From assembly GCF_009914755.1 (NCBI RefSeq), contig NC_060932.1: a stretch of DNA of 64,000 nucleotides; one strand, written 5' to 3'. Positions 29,230 through 44,291 of this stretch are shown one piece after another. The DNA is from the human T2T-CHM13v2.0 reference genome, Homo sapiens. Made by a program: the position numbers and the translations under genes. Below the pieces are notes generated by a model. That model saw only the letters and a list, made by a program, of their open reading frames with translations, did no database searches and was not told the origin of the DNA. Numbering within the stretch: the stretch's first letter is position 1; each line of letters starts with the position of its first letter.

Positions 29230-29480
29230 GCCTGAGGTAGGTGTGGGCTGGCTCTCACCTCTGTCATGGCTTAGCTTGTGACTTTGACAAGTTACTTAAC
29301 TTTCCTTGAAGCAAGTGTTTGTCTGTTTTCTTTCATTTGCATAAATGAGGGTAATAGCATCTACTTTGCAAAACTGTGGTAAGAACAAAATGAGCTATGG
29401 GCTAAAATGCTTAGCGCAGTGCAGTGCCGGGCATGTGGCATTTGGCATACAACTGGTGCCACAGAAATCAGTAGTTGTGT
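29230..29480 (+). mobile_element. MIR
   Basis: gtgactttgacaagttacttaac..catttgcataaatgagggtaatagcatctac. Confidence 0.7.
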
Positions 29481-29619
29481 TTATTCAAGAGCCGTCCTCA
29501 GTTCTGGCGGAACATGGTATTTACCCTTTCCCTTGGAAAACAATGGAAGGATCTCAGACACTTCATTGTCTAAACATTGTTAGATGGGACTAAACAGCTT
29601 CAAGTGAATGTGCCAGCTA

Positions 29620-30210
29620 CAACAGGCATGTTGCAACAAATTCTCTTCTTTATCCCCATAAAGCCATGCCCTCTTCTTTACCTTTATAACAGAATCCAGA
29701 TTTTGTTTAGGTGTCTGGTGTCCAGGACTCCCTCTCCAGGTCCAAAGAAACGTTGACTCTTTATTGGTCCCAGCAATTGGGTTAATATTCTCCTTGCTGG
29801 TGATTCATCTAAGAATAGTCACGTGATGTACTTGTGATAAGTGAGACATAGAGGAAGTGGGGGAGGGGTAGTTCCAAGGACAATTTCCTGCCCATAAAAA
29901 TAAAAGAAAAACAATTGGAGACATTGGCCCCTCTTCTTTCACCCAGAGTGGTTGTGCCCCTGTGGAATGACTGAACCTGTGGCCCTTTTGTGTCATAAGG
30001 GGACAAGCTTGAAGACCAAGGCCAAAATGCTCAGATGGCAGAGGGTAAAGATGGAAAGAACCTGGCTCCATGAAATCCTCAAGCTGTTATGTTAACCAGC
30101 CCTAGAATCATTCTATTTCTAGACTTTTGGTGAGATAATAAAATTATTTTATTTAAAAAATCAATTAAAAGTAAGATTTTTCTGTTATTTATAGTTGACA
30201 GTCTCCTAAA
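29620..30210 (+). mobile_element. Old MaLR LTR (MLT1J/K-like)
   Basis: aacagaatccagattttgtt..gatggaaagaacctgg..ctagacttttggtgagataataaa. Confidence 0.55.
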
Positions 30211-30292
30211 TGATTTCTAATACAAATAACCAATATGTTTGCATTCTAGTTATTTCTATACGTGTCTTATATTCTCTACTTAACCCTCTGTT

Positions 30293-30584
<292 letters not shown>

Positions 30585-31130
30585 AACCCTCTGTTCTTAG
30601 GTGGTATGCTGTATCTTTCTCCCTTGTTCAATCTCCTAACACCTGGTTTACCATCTTGCACATACAAAGCACTAACATGGAATTTATAAATATATATGAA
30701 AGTGAAATATGGCCCTTGAAATGACAGCTTCCTTCCAACAGAGCTTCCACCCCAAGATTTTAAGATAGAGAGTTGGTGGTGAGAGGAGACCTGAAGATGA
30801 TCAGTACTGCGATAGAGTCTAGCTTTTTGTGTTCTATATGTGGTATATCCTTCTTCTGGGAACTCTGACCTCAAAATTTGATATTACCATTGACTCTTCT
30901 CATTGTCAACTCCTCATATCCGAAGAGTTGCCAAGTTCTGGTCATATTATTTTGACTCTTCAGCTTATCCAAAGTAATTAGAGAAATCTGGGAGAAAACT
31001 GTTTTATACTGTTCAAGCAAATGACATTGGTCTGAGACAGAAAGGCCATGTAATTTTTTTGAACAGGAACTGTGTCTTTTCAGGAAGGAAGTCTACTAGG
31101 AAGGCCACATGAAGATAAAAAAGCTGTTTA

Positions 31131-31290
31131 GGTTGGGCAGGGTGGCTCATGCTTGTAATCTCAGTGCTTTGGGAGGCTGAGGCAGGAGGATCGCTTGAAC
31201 TCAGCAGTTGGGGGCAGCAGTGAGGTATGACTGTACCTCTGCACTCCAGACCAGGCAACAGAAGGGGACCCCACAGCTTTTTTAAAAAAA
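31131..31290 (+). mobile_element. Alu monomer (FLAM/FRAM-like)
   Basis: Single Alu arm; TSD AAAAAGCTG(T/C)TT. Confidence 0.8.
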
Positions 31291-31411
31291 GCTGCTTGGA
31301 GAATGGATGGAAAAACATGAAGACACCATAGAAATTGGCTCCAAGTCCCTAGTCCTCTAGACGTCATCCTCTGGTGTGAAGGCCTCTGCCCTCCTGACTG
31401 CTGGAGACCGG

Positions 31412-31655
31412 TGTCCCCTTCTCTCCACATCCCAGCCGTGGCTGCCCTCTCAGACCCTCCATTCTGATGATGGGCAACATGAAAATGTTAAGGACCCTTG
31501 GCAAACTCTAGGGTTTCTTTATGATTAGTAATCCTTTCTGATGATCTGAAAATGTATTAGCTCACTTCTCCCAATGCTCAACAGCATGAAAGCCTGTGTT
31601 CTCTCCTGCCCCGAACAACAGGATCTCCTTTCCCCCCCTTAACACCCCTCCATCA
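31412..31655 (+). repeat. Direct duplication, copy B (244 bp)
   Basis: Paralogue of 28906-29149. Confidence 0.95.
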
Positions 31656-32065
31656 TCATTCTTCCCAGTGTGCTGATGGGCAATGAGCACTCTTGATAGA
31701 GCGGCCCCCAGGGAGAAATGTTCCAGCTGGGACAAGTGACATTCTGTTGGAGAGGGCACTTGTGCACCTGCAGAGGTCTGAGAAGCTGTGAGTCCACACT
31801 GAGCTCTGTTGTCTTCATTCCCAGCCACGACATCTCCCCTGGGGGACTGTTCTCATCTGAACAAAGTAGGCAGGGTTTTCAGGGTGAAGCCTCACTGGGA
31901 TGCTGTAAGTGATTCCATCTCCATATTGAGAAATTTTGTGTTTTCCATCCAGATTCGAGAAAAAAGAAATAAGAGGAAGAAACAGGTGTACCATGAGGGG
32001 AATAAAAGAGATAACAAGTCAGGGAAAAGTGCTTGGTGAAAAAACTGGAGCAGAAAGACAAAATG

Positions 32066-32373
32066 GGCTGGGCGCAATGGCTAACACTTGTAATCCCAGC
32101 ACTTTGGGAGGCTAAGGCGGGCAGATCAATTGAACTCAGAAGTTTGAGACCAGCCTGGGCAACATGGCAAGACCTTGTGTCTACAAAAAGTACAAAAATT
32201 AGCAGAGCATGGCAGTGTGTGCTTATAGTCCCAGCTACTCGGAAGGCTGAGGCAGTTGGATCACTTGACCCTGGGGAGGTCGAGGCTTCAGTGAGCTGTG
32301 ATCATGCTACTGCCCTCCAGCCTGGATGACAGAGTGAGACCCTGTCTCAAAACAACAACAACAACAACAAAAA
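32066..32373 (+). mobile_element. AluJ-type SINE with (CAA)n tail
   Basis: Alu dimer. Confidence 0.92.
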
Positions 32374-32606
32374 GCTATTGGTAAGAGGCTTAAACAAGAA
32401 GACAGAAATAACCACAAACAACTCTGAGACCAAAAAATAGTTCACATATAAAAAGAAAGTCAAAATGGTCCATGAAATATATAAAAAAAAAGTTAGGGAT
32501 AAATCAAAGTAAAGAAGATAGTGGTGTAATCTGAGAAGACTGGCACATGACAACCTGGCTCCTTTTACGAAAATCCTTCTTTCCTAGTCCTTTTTAAGAA
32601 TGATGA

Positions 32607-32910
32607 GGCCAGGCGCAGTGGCTCATGCCTATAATCCCAGCACTTTGGGAGGCTGAGGCGGGTAGATCATGAGGTCAGGAGATTGAGACCATCCTGACTT
32701 ACATGGTGAAACCCCGTCTCTACTAAAAAATATACAAAAAAAATTATCTGGGTGTGGTGGCAGGTGCCTGTAGTCCCAGCTACTTGGGAGGCTGAGGCAG
32801 GAGAATGGCAGAACCCGGGAGGCGGAACTTGCAGTGAGCTGAGATCATGCCATTGCACTCCAGCCTGGGTGACAGAGCGAGACTCTGTCTCAAAAAAAAA
32901 AAAAAAAAAA
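32607..32910 (+). mobile_element. AluY/Sc-like SINE
   Basis: TSD AAGAATGATG; gagaatggc diagnostic. Confidence 0.93.
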
Positions 32911-33316
32911 GAATGATGTGTTGCTTGGTAAATGTTTTTGTAAGTTTTTTGGACATACTACAAATAATGTGAAATAACTTTCTTATTGTTTAACTGATAG
33001 TCACATGCTGTGCCTTTCATGGTCCTTTTCTTTATAGAACCTAGAATTTTAGTTGTGAAAAGGGGGCTGGAGAATACCTATTGTATAGTCATTTTAGAGA
33101 AAAGGAATCCCCAGTCTGGAACAGTGACTTTCCCGGTGTTGTGTCGCTGGTGACCCAGGAGAGCCAGGACCCTGCCCTGCCTGAGCTGGGGCTCCGGGCT
33201 GCTCCAGCGCCCACCCAGGCTCGCGCTCTCTCTCTAGGCCTCCCAATCTGCAGACCTACTCCTGTCTCCCCACCTAGCAAAAGTGATTACTGCTGTGGCT
33301 CTTTCTTAGGAGTCTT

Positions 33317-33842
<526 letters not shown>

Positions 33843-33903
33843 TAATGGTTGAAGGCTGATGGCTAATATTTATAGAAGTTTTACCATGGGATGTGTATCG
33901 TGC

Positions 33904-34287
33904 TGTTGGCGGTTGGATTGTCGCCTGTCCCCCGTTCATCTGTTGAATTCTTACCCCTTTGTACCTCAGAATGTGACCTTATTTGGAAATAAAATTGTTA
34001 TTAATTAATGTAAGTCCTAATCCAATGTGACTGATGTCCTCATAAAAAGGGGAAATTCAACACAGAGACAGGGGGAAGATGATAGGAAGACAGGGAGACA
34101 ATGGGCATTTTCAGCCAAGGAGAGTGGCCTAGAACAGACCTTTCTCTCCCAGCCCTGGCAACACCAGCCCTGACAACACCTGGATCTCAGGCTTCCAGCC
34201 TCCAGCACTGTGAGACAACACATTTCTGTTGTTTAAGCCACCTAGTCTGCGGTACTTTGTTTTGGCAACCCTGGCAAATTAATATAC
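33904..34287 (+). mobile_element. MaLR LTR (MLT1B/C-like)
   Basis: acctcagaatgtgaccttatttggaaat..cttccagcctccag..catttctgttgtttaagccac. Confidence 0.8.
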
Positions 34288-34339
34288 CTGCTGAGCATTT
34301 TACAAGTATTAACTCATTTAATCCTTACAATTCAACCTA

Positions 34340-35110
34340 TGAGATATGGAAATGGAAGAAAAAAGTTAAACACCACTGGAAGGAAGCAATCAACCTAATC
34401 CAGAATGTGGAACATTCCACAAGACAAATGATGTGGTTTCTCCAACAAAACAGTGATATGACTTAAAAAAAAAAAAGGGACAATAACCACATCCAATATC
34501 CAGACCCTATTTGCGTTCTGATGTGACTAAACCAACTGTAAAAATACATCTTTGAGACAACTGGGGAAATTGGCTTTGGACTAAATGTGACATGATGTTA
34601 AAGAATGATTGTTAATTTTGCTAGGTGTGACAGTGGCATGGTGGTCACGTTAAAAAAAATGCAATCCTAATTATCAGCGATGGGTGAAATGGCATGATGC
34701 CTGAGAATTTTTTCAAGGAATCTAGAAAAAAGTGTTTGGGACCAGGTGATGTATACATGGCAGCTTACTATTCTGCTTACTTTCAAAAATATGCTCTAAA
34801 GCTTTAACTCATAGAAGCAGAGGGTAGAACCGTGGTTACCAGGGGCTTTGAGAAGGGGGAAATGAGAGGGGAGGTGTTGTTCAAAGGGTCCAAACTTTCA
34901 GTTATAGGATGAAAAAGATTTGGGGCTCTAATATACAGCATAGTGGTAACGGATGTGTTAAATTAATTTGATTGTGGTAATCATTACACAGTACGTATGC
35001 ATATAAAAACATCATGCTGTGCACTCTGAATATATATAATCCTTATTTGTCAATTAAATATTTTAAAATAAAAAAACACACTAAAAACAAGTTTGAAAGC
35101 TTCCATAAAA
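34340..35110 (+). mobile_element. Old L1 (L1MC/ME) 3' fragment with a nested L1M 3' end (~34800-35080)
   Basis: actcatagaagcagagggtagaaccgtggttaccagggg..caaactttcagttatagg. Confidence 0.7.
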
Positions 35111-36480
35111 AAATGAGAAAACCTGTGGGATTCTTTTATTGCTATTTTACAGATGTGGAAACTGGGGCTCAGAGAGGTCTGGTAAATGCCTTGGAAGAGC
35201 TGAGACCAGTCAGTCTGAATTCAAAATGTAATTCCAAAGAGGCATTTTAAAATATTAATATTAACGGCAAAGTGATAACGCTTACCTCTCCTTTCTACAC
35301 CAATCCTCTGTGATATGCAGGGACGACATCATCCCCACTTCAGAGGTGGAAGCAGAAGTTTAGAGAGGTCAGGTATTCACTAAAGAATGCTGAAACCAAG
35401 AGTGGAACCGAAGTTTCTCAACTTCTAGTAAAATGCCGACAGCAGACCCAGTGGGCCAATGGCATCACATTTAAGAGGAAGGATTTAGGGACAGGACTTC
35501 TGGGTTGCGGTCCCCCTTGGTCACCTCCCTTAGCTCTGTGGGCCTTAAATATCCCATATGTGAATTGGACAGCACCACCACTTCTGCTGCGCCAGCCTCC
35601 CAGGGTCCCTCGAGGTGCAGAGGGACTCGGTGAAGAGGTTGGCTAACTGCAAGAACCCTGCAGAAATGCTACTAGCCTTTTCTATCTGAGCACTAGTGTT
35701 TATCAGTTGGTGTGAAGACGAAAACGTGGCTAATGGGCCCTCAGGAGAGGCAATTTTGGGGCAAAATGGAGCAGAAGGAGTTTCTTACCATGTCCTCAGA
35801 TTTATACTCGTCAGACTTCAACTGCTTGAGATAAAATTCAGGGCATAGGTTGGATCTATTGAGGCCAGTCCTGGGAGGTGCTTGGTGTTCCTGACCTTTC
35901 TCTTGGCACTGGGGTTGTGGATGGTACACTTTTAGCCCGAAGTTCTCAGAAGCAGCCTGCATTATCCATTAGGGCCTGTCCATCCAGTTCAAGTTCACAG
36001 TGATAAATCTCACAGCCCCTGAGGGTCCTCACAAAGGTGGGTGTGGTGTGCTGATAGCAGGCATGATTAAGTGCTTTCCTGTGTCAAATATAGCTGTAAT
36101 ATACTACAAACAGGCAGTCAGGCTTTATACAAACTGATCTGGCTGCTATCAGCTGCTCTGACATTTTATACTAATACTTAAAATAAATCTAGAAACAGGA
36201 AAGAAAGTACAGAATTATTGTTTTAAGCAGCCTGTGAGAGCTTATCTTCAAAGTGGCAGAGGTTCTATTGTATTTAGAGAAACTGCTCACTCCTTGGGCA
36301 TGAAGTTTGTTGCAGGGACTCTGGGCTGCCTTGAGCAGTTTCCCACGTGAGTGCTGAGGGCTGCCTCCAGGCAGAGCACTCACCCCTGCCCAGGGGCTCT
36401 GTCCCTGCTCCTTGCTCCTTGCTCCAGGGAAGACCTTCCAGTGCACCTGAAGCCCCAAACACACTTTAAGAGTTAATTTA

Positions 36481-37200
<720 letters not shown>

Positions 37201-37726
37201 CCATTTATTCATATGGTTCATTAGACAGATGGCAGGAAGGAGTGGCTGCCGCCTCCCACAGAGTGTGAGGACCGGACCAGGGCTCTCCAGCTCCCTTTCA
37301 GGAATCTGCATTAGACACTATGATTTATTGGTGCTCTAACCGAGATAAATCTAAGAAGGCACTGGATGCTAAGTACTTAGTGCTACTTGCAGTCACGGTT
37401 GGTTTCTTCCTCAGCTTTATCTCATAATTTAAATTAGTTTTTTTCTACCAATGTAATCAAAGGATCTTATTTTTTTCTGTCATTTCTGTAAAATGCCTTT
37501 ATTTCTTGGATCCTCCTTCTTTACTCAAAACAATTTTGTGTAGATTTGAGTCATGAAAGACTTTAGAAAGATTGACGCTCACGTTCACTTTGTAAAACTG
37601 AACCAACAATTAAAAATGACCCAGCTGGGATAGCACAGAGAACTGAGTTAAATTGGTGGCTGCCTTAAGTGCCACTTCTGGTGTTGTTTGTAAGAATGAG
37701 GAAGCCAGTTACTCCCTCTGCTCTGA

Positions 37727-38131
<405 letters not shown>

Positions 38132-38134
38132 GTC

Positions 38135-38281
38135 TTATTTTATTTTTATTTCTTTATTTACAGATTGAGGTGGGGTTCCCTATGTTGCTCAGGCTAATCT
38201 CAAACTCCTGGCCTCAAGGGATCCTCCTGCCGCAGCCTCCTGAGTAGCTGTGATTACAGGTGGGAGCCATGCTGCCCAGCT
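38135..38281 (-). mobile_element. FLAM-like Alu monomer
   Basis: Single antisense arm. Confidence 0.8.
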
Positions 38282-38759
38282 CAATAGTCCTATTTTACGT
38301 ATCCTATCTTTATATTCACATAAAATAAAAAGGACCCAGAAATTTGACTACTTTGATATCCAAGTGATATCTCCCAGACTGTAGCAAAAATTCGATAAAA
38401 TGCACAATCAGCTGTTGTGTTTCAGCTCCTGGTTTGGAGAAGATGATCAGTCTACAGACCTTCCGTTATGCTGATGGAGGCTGCCTGGGGCTCTAAGATG
38501 CAGGCATGGGCTCTTGCTCCTGCTCTCCGGTCTGTGCCTCACACATGGGGGCAGTGGCTCCTGAGGCCAGGGCTACAGTGTAGCATAGAGCCTCAAAGCT
38601 TGTCAGTCTTGTCAGCTTGTCCCGGCTAGCGGATCTTGAAGGGCAGCGGGAGATGCCGACGAGGCTGCTTTTGCAAGCCATCACACGCTCTTCATTCTTC
38701 ACGCCTTTGGTCATGAAGCCTTCCCCACTCCCTGACTTCCCACGTCACATCCTCTACTA

Positions 38760-39416
<657 letters not shown>

Positions 39417-40469
39417 TCATTAATCTGGGTGCCACAAGAGCATGGGGATTTTATTGTGCAGCCAAGGTGGAGAAGCTCTGCTTAGCCTTTGTGAACTGCT
39501 CACTGTGGCCCAAGCTTGTGTGCTTTCTTATCTCCTGGCCTTCGCAGGGGCTGCTCTCTCACCCTGGATGTCCTTTCCCACCTACTTTTTTTGGCTACCT
39601 GTCCACAGAACTCAAAGGGGAGGCTATCAAAGAGTTCAGTGTTAGCTGTGGGGCAGGGCAGACTAAAGGGAGGTTCAAGGGAGATTCCACACTTTCAGGA
39701 CCAGTAAATCATCATTTTGTAAGAATATGAGAGGAAGGGCGTTACATGGAGGAGTGAGGGCTACCCTCCCCCATGGAAAATGGGCTTTGTCTTTTCATTC
39801 TGGCTGGCTGTGGTTCCAGACCATGTCCTCTAATACAAAGAAAGATTGGAAATGTGATGCTTTGGGGACCTTGGAGGCCATTCCATTTGTGAACTTCTGT
39901 GTCCTTACACATTCTTGGCATAACTTCCTTGCTTACTTGCAACTTTCTCCCATCTCTACATATTACAAAGAGGTGGGGGCCTCAGGTCTCCAGGTCTGAC
40001 TTGCCTAATTGGGGGTGGAAGGGGTGGAGGCAGGGAGGGGTTGTTAAAATCTCTTCAGGAACTGCACCAATCACAATGATCACTCCCCAAAGATAGGAAT
40101 ACAAATTGGCTTTGATCACGCCATTCTATTTGTATAACCGATAGAGAGCGGTTCAGCTGATTAGTCAAAGCAGCTTGAAACTGATCATTTCCTTCAACCA
40201 TCTAATTATATTTTATGCTCACCCTTCCCCCACAAACATCCTTAACATTATTTATTCTGATTTGTACAAGAACTTAAACAGATTTTATCTTAGAGGACTA
40301 TCAAATACATATCAACAAAAACCCAAGTTCATGTAACTAAAGGAGAATTTTAGGTCAGTCCCAAAGCGAGCCCTGCATAACAATCTATTGCTATGTGCAA
40401 TCCCAGGTGCTCACAGTACAGGTGGAATCGAAACAGCTGTGGCTATTAGACACCATAAATACTAGCAAT

Positions 40470-40680
40470 GAACATAAGACCTGGATTCACTCAAATCCCA
40501 GCACTGCTGTTGACTAGTGTGTGACCTGAGCACGTTCCTCGCCTCTCCGTACCCGTTTCCTTGTCTCAGAAACGGATAGGATAATAGTGTCTATCTCAGA
40601 GGTTGGTGTGAGATTTAACTAAGTGCCTTGTGAAGTGCTTACTTAGCTCTTTATAGGCACTTAATAAATGTTAACTTTAA
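40470..40680 (+). mobile_element. MIR
   Basis: actagtgtgtgacctgagca..gtttccttgtct..ataatagtgtctatctca. Confidence 0.65.
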
Positions 40681-40801
40681 AAAAGTGGCTAGGATTTTTT
40701 TTTTCTGGCAGGGCCTTCATCTTGATGTTAGAAATGCCACTTTTTTTTTTTTTTAAAGAGATTAGACTAAATAGTTCTCATAAATCAAAGATGACACAAG
40801 A

Positions 40802-41100
40802 GGCCGGGTGCAATGGCTCATGCCTGTAATCTCAGTACTTTGAGAGGCTGAGGAGGGAGGATTGCTTGAGCACAGGAGTTCAAGACCAGCCTGGGTAACA
40901 CAGCAAGACCACGTCTCTACAGAAAAATGAATAAATTAGCCGGGCATGGTGCCCTGTGCGTGTAATCCCAGCTACTTGGGAGGCTGAAGTGGGAGAATCG
41001 CTTGAGCCCAGGAGTTCAAGGCTGTAGTAAACAATGATCATGGCACTGCCCTCCAGCCTGGGCCACAGAGCAAGACTCTGTCTCAAAAACAAACAAAAAA
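40802..41100 (+). mobile_element. AluJ-type SINE
   Basis: TSD GATG(A/G)CACAAGA. Confidence 0.93.
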
Positions 41101-43349
41101 GTGATGGCACAAGACAGAAAGTCTCCTGTCCAAGTCTAAGTCCTGGTGTCACATGGACTCTGCTTTACCAAGATGACCCTTGCAACATGCATTTTACACC
41201 TGGGAGTGACAGCAGTGGTCCAGCGGCTCTGGGTCATGAGCTGGCTTGATGGCAGAGCTGTGATTGGCTCTTTGGGTACCGTGTTATCCCACGACACCCG
41301 GCTTCCCATCTGCACTGGGCATGACTTCCCTGCTCACACTAGACCAGGTGCTATCTTACCCCATATCACCTTTTATCATCCCCTGGGGCCTTGAATTAAG
41401 TGGATGTCAGAAACATTGATCATTTCTGAAAAGACAAATTTGTAACAGAAATCCAGGGGGACTTTTTCCTAAGGATCCTTTGCTGTCCCCCATCCTAACA
41501 ACTCTGCCGGTAAAGGATGAGGACAGTGGCTCCGTGGTGGAAAACAGAGACCCATGCATCAGAAAGGAAAGTTATCACAGTTGTTTCTAAAGCATAGATC
41601 TGCTAGTTCACAGAATTTAACCAAACAGGTATTCTTAGTTCAAATGAGAGAAACATTGAGCATTTAAAGCTTCGTAGCATCAGGTGTGGTGGAGAGTATT
41701 GTCTCTTGTGGTTTACTGAGAGGGTAAAAGCTCTTGTAATTCTTAGTGCCAAGCAAGCAGCATGATCAGAGCTAGATAACATCCAAAATAGGTCTGTTAA
41801 AAGAGAGGAAGTCACCAAAAGAAGTGGGTAACTAAGATATTTAGGGTTAGTGCTATACATACCAGTATGTTCCCCATCCCCCAAGGTTTTCCTTCTCTTT
41901 AATCACCTCACAATAGGAAGTGCTGGAAGGCGACCAGGCAGGTACCTGCACTGGGTCACTCCATGTACCTGCACGGGGTCACTCATCCAGCTCTGGGTTT
42001 TGGACACATTGTCAGACAAGGGTAGGTTTGAATGCCACTTGTCCTTAATCATGTCATCACACTGATAGCCTCCTAGCAGCAACCATCAGTGTAGTAACTA
42101 TATGTAATTCAGACCTCACCTGGGAGGTGAATGGACCTTGGGTGATAACACTGAACAATGCAGGCACCCTTCACAGTCTGAATTTCACCAAGTGCCTTTG
42201 AGGTTGCATCAGTCTCGGGCTTCACAGGCAGAGGGAGGGACATAGGCATAGTGATGACTTTGTTCAGAGACAGGCATTGATTAGGTGGCCCCTAACACTG
42301 GGGGTCAATCTGTCCAGGTTTAGAGGGTTGCTTTGCTGTGATGCCACCTGCAGAGTTGGGACAATGCTTAGGAAAGCTGAGACCTGCAACCCTAAACTGG
42401 ACAGAACCTACACAGATAAGCTTTGGGAAGATCTTTAACCTGACTCCCTTCATACCTGCAAGAAGCCACTGTAAGATTAGGAAATGTAATTACATCTGAT
42501 AAAGTGATTGCCAAGACATTGTTTGAAGAGAGGGCTTTATCAGCCCTATTGTATGAAGATTAATAGAGATCTGGATCTTCTAGCCACTGGTCTTGCGCCT
42601 CCAACAGAATGAAATCTGATTATATTAGAATGTTTACATAGTAGCTCCATCTTCCTTAGACTTTCAACACTTTATAATTTATTCCCTTTGTTACACACTA
42701 GCCTGGGAGCCCACAAATAACCTCCAGTAGCGTGGGACCCATCCCCAGGGCTCGACTGGTGATGTATTGACTGGCTTCACATTCTCCATTGCTTGCTCTG
42801 TGCTCCTCCCTGAAGCATGTGCCTTGCAAAGCACTGACTTCATTACATTACAATTCTGTTTCTCTGCCTCTCTCCCCACTGGACTGGAAGACCCTTGAAA
42901 GACAGGCACTTGCTTATTTTGTGTTCCTGGAGCCTAGCATGGATTTTGTCTTCTAAGAGTCAGCCCCCACATACCTGATCAGAGAAACCTGGGCTTTTCC
43001 CACTGGGGAATACTGGAAAGGTGGGTGAGGGTTGAGCAGATCAGAGGAATCCATGAGACCCCAGGAGGCTGGATTGACTATTTACTAAAACCCTGGAGGG
43101 GAGGAAGAGGACAGGCAGGTGGGGCGGGGCAGAGCAGAGGAGAACATTCTCACAGCTGAAAGATGTTCACTCCTGTGCTGAACTGGAAGGGAGCATCTCA
43201 TCCAAACTTCTTATTTCATCAATGGGGAAACAGAGCTTGAACAAGGTCACACAGAAAGATTACATCACGAGGAACGTTCCATGTGACATTCAGCCATGAA
43301 TACCACCTAAATGTCCACCACGCTTACAGGGATAGCGTACATATTTCTA

Positions 43350-43519
43350 TTCTTTTTAGTTTTTTTTTTTCTGTGATGGGATCTCACTGTGTTACCCAGG
43401 CTGGAGGGCTGTGGGTATTCACAGGTGCGATCATAGCTCACTGCAGCCTTGAACTCCTGAGCTCAAGCAATCCTCCTGCCTCAGCCTCTGAGTAGTGGTG
43501 AGTGCTGCCAGGCCTGGCC
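43350..43519 (-). mobile_element. FAM-like fossil Alu monomer
   Basis: Retains the 7SL-derived tattcacaggtgcgatc segment. Confidence 0.75.
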
Positions 43520-43961
43520 ATGTTTCTATTATTTTATAATTAGATAGGAAAGAAGATAACATTTTAATGAATCAGGGGATTGGGTCTAGATCTCAAGAAT
43601 TGGGACTCAAAGAATCTTAAAAATACATGACATAGCTGGACACCTAAAAAACAGACACTTTCAGTTAAGATCCTACCACAACTTAGAAAATGCCACCTTA
43701 GTCTCATTTCTCCAAAACTAGGTTTGACTGAATAGGCCTAACAGGAGAGATGTTTACTGTGGCTCGTTTACCAACCAGGGCTCCACCTCCCTCAGCCTAT
43801 TTCCACCTTTTACCCAGACCTTAGACTTAGAAGGTCCCTGCTGGGCTTGAGTAAGCAATCAGCATGTCCCCAGCGCCCCACCCCAATGAGGAAAGGAAGA
43901 AATACAACTTTTGCAAATATGGAAAGCAGCTCTCTGTTAGTCAGTGTAAAAAGGAGAGCCT

Positions 43962-44291
<330 letters not shown>

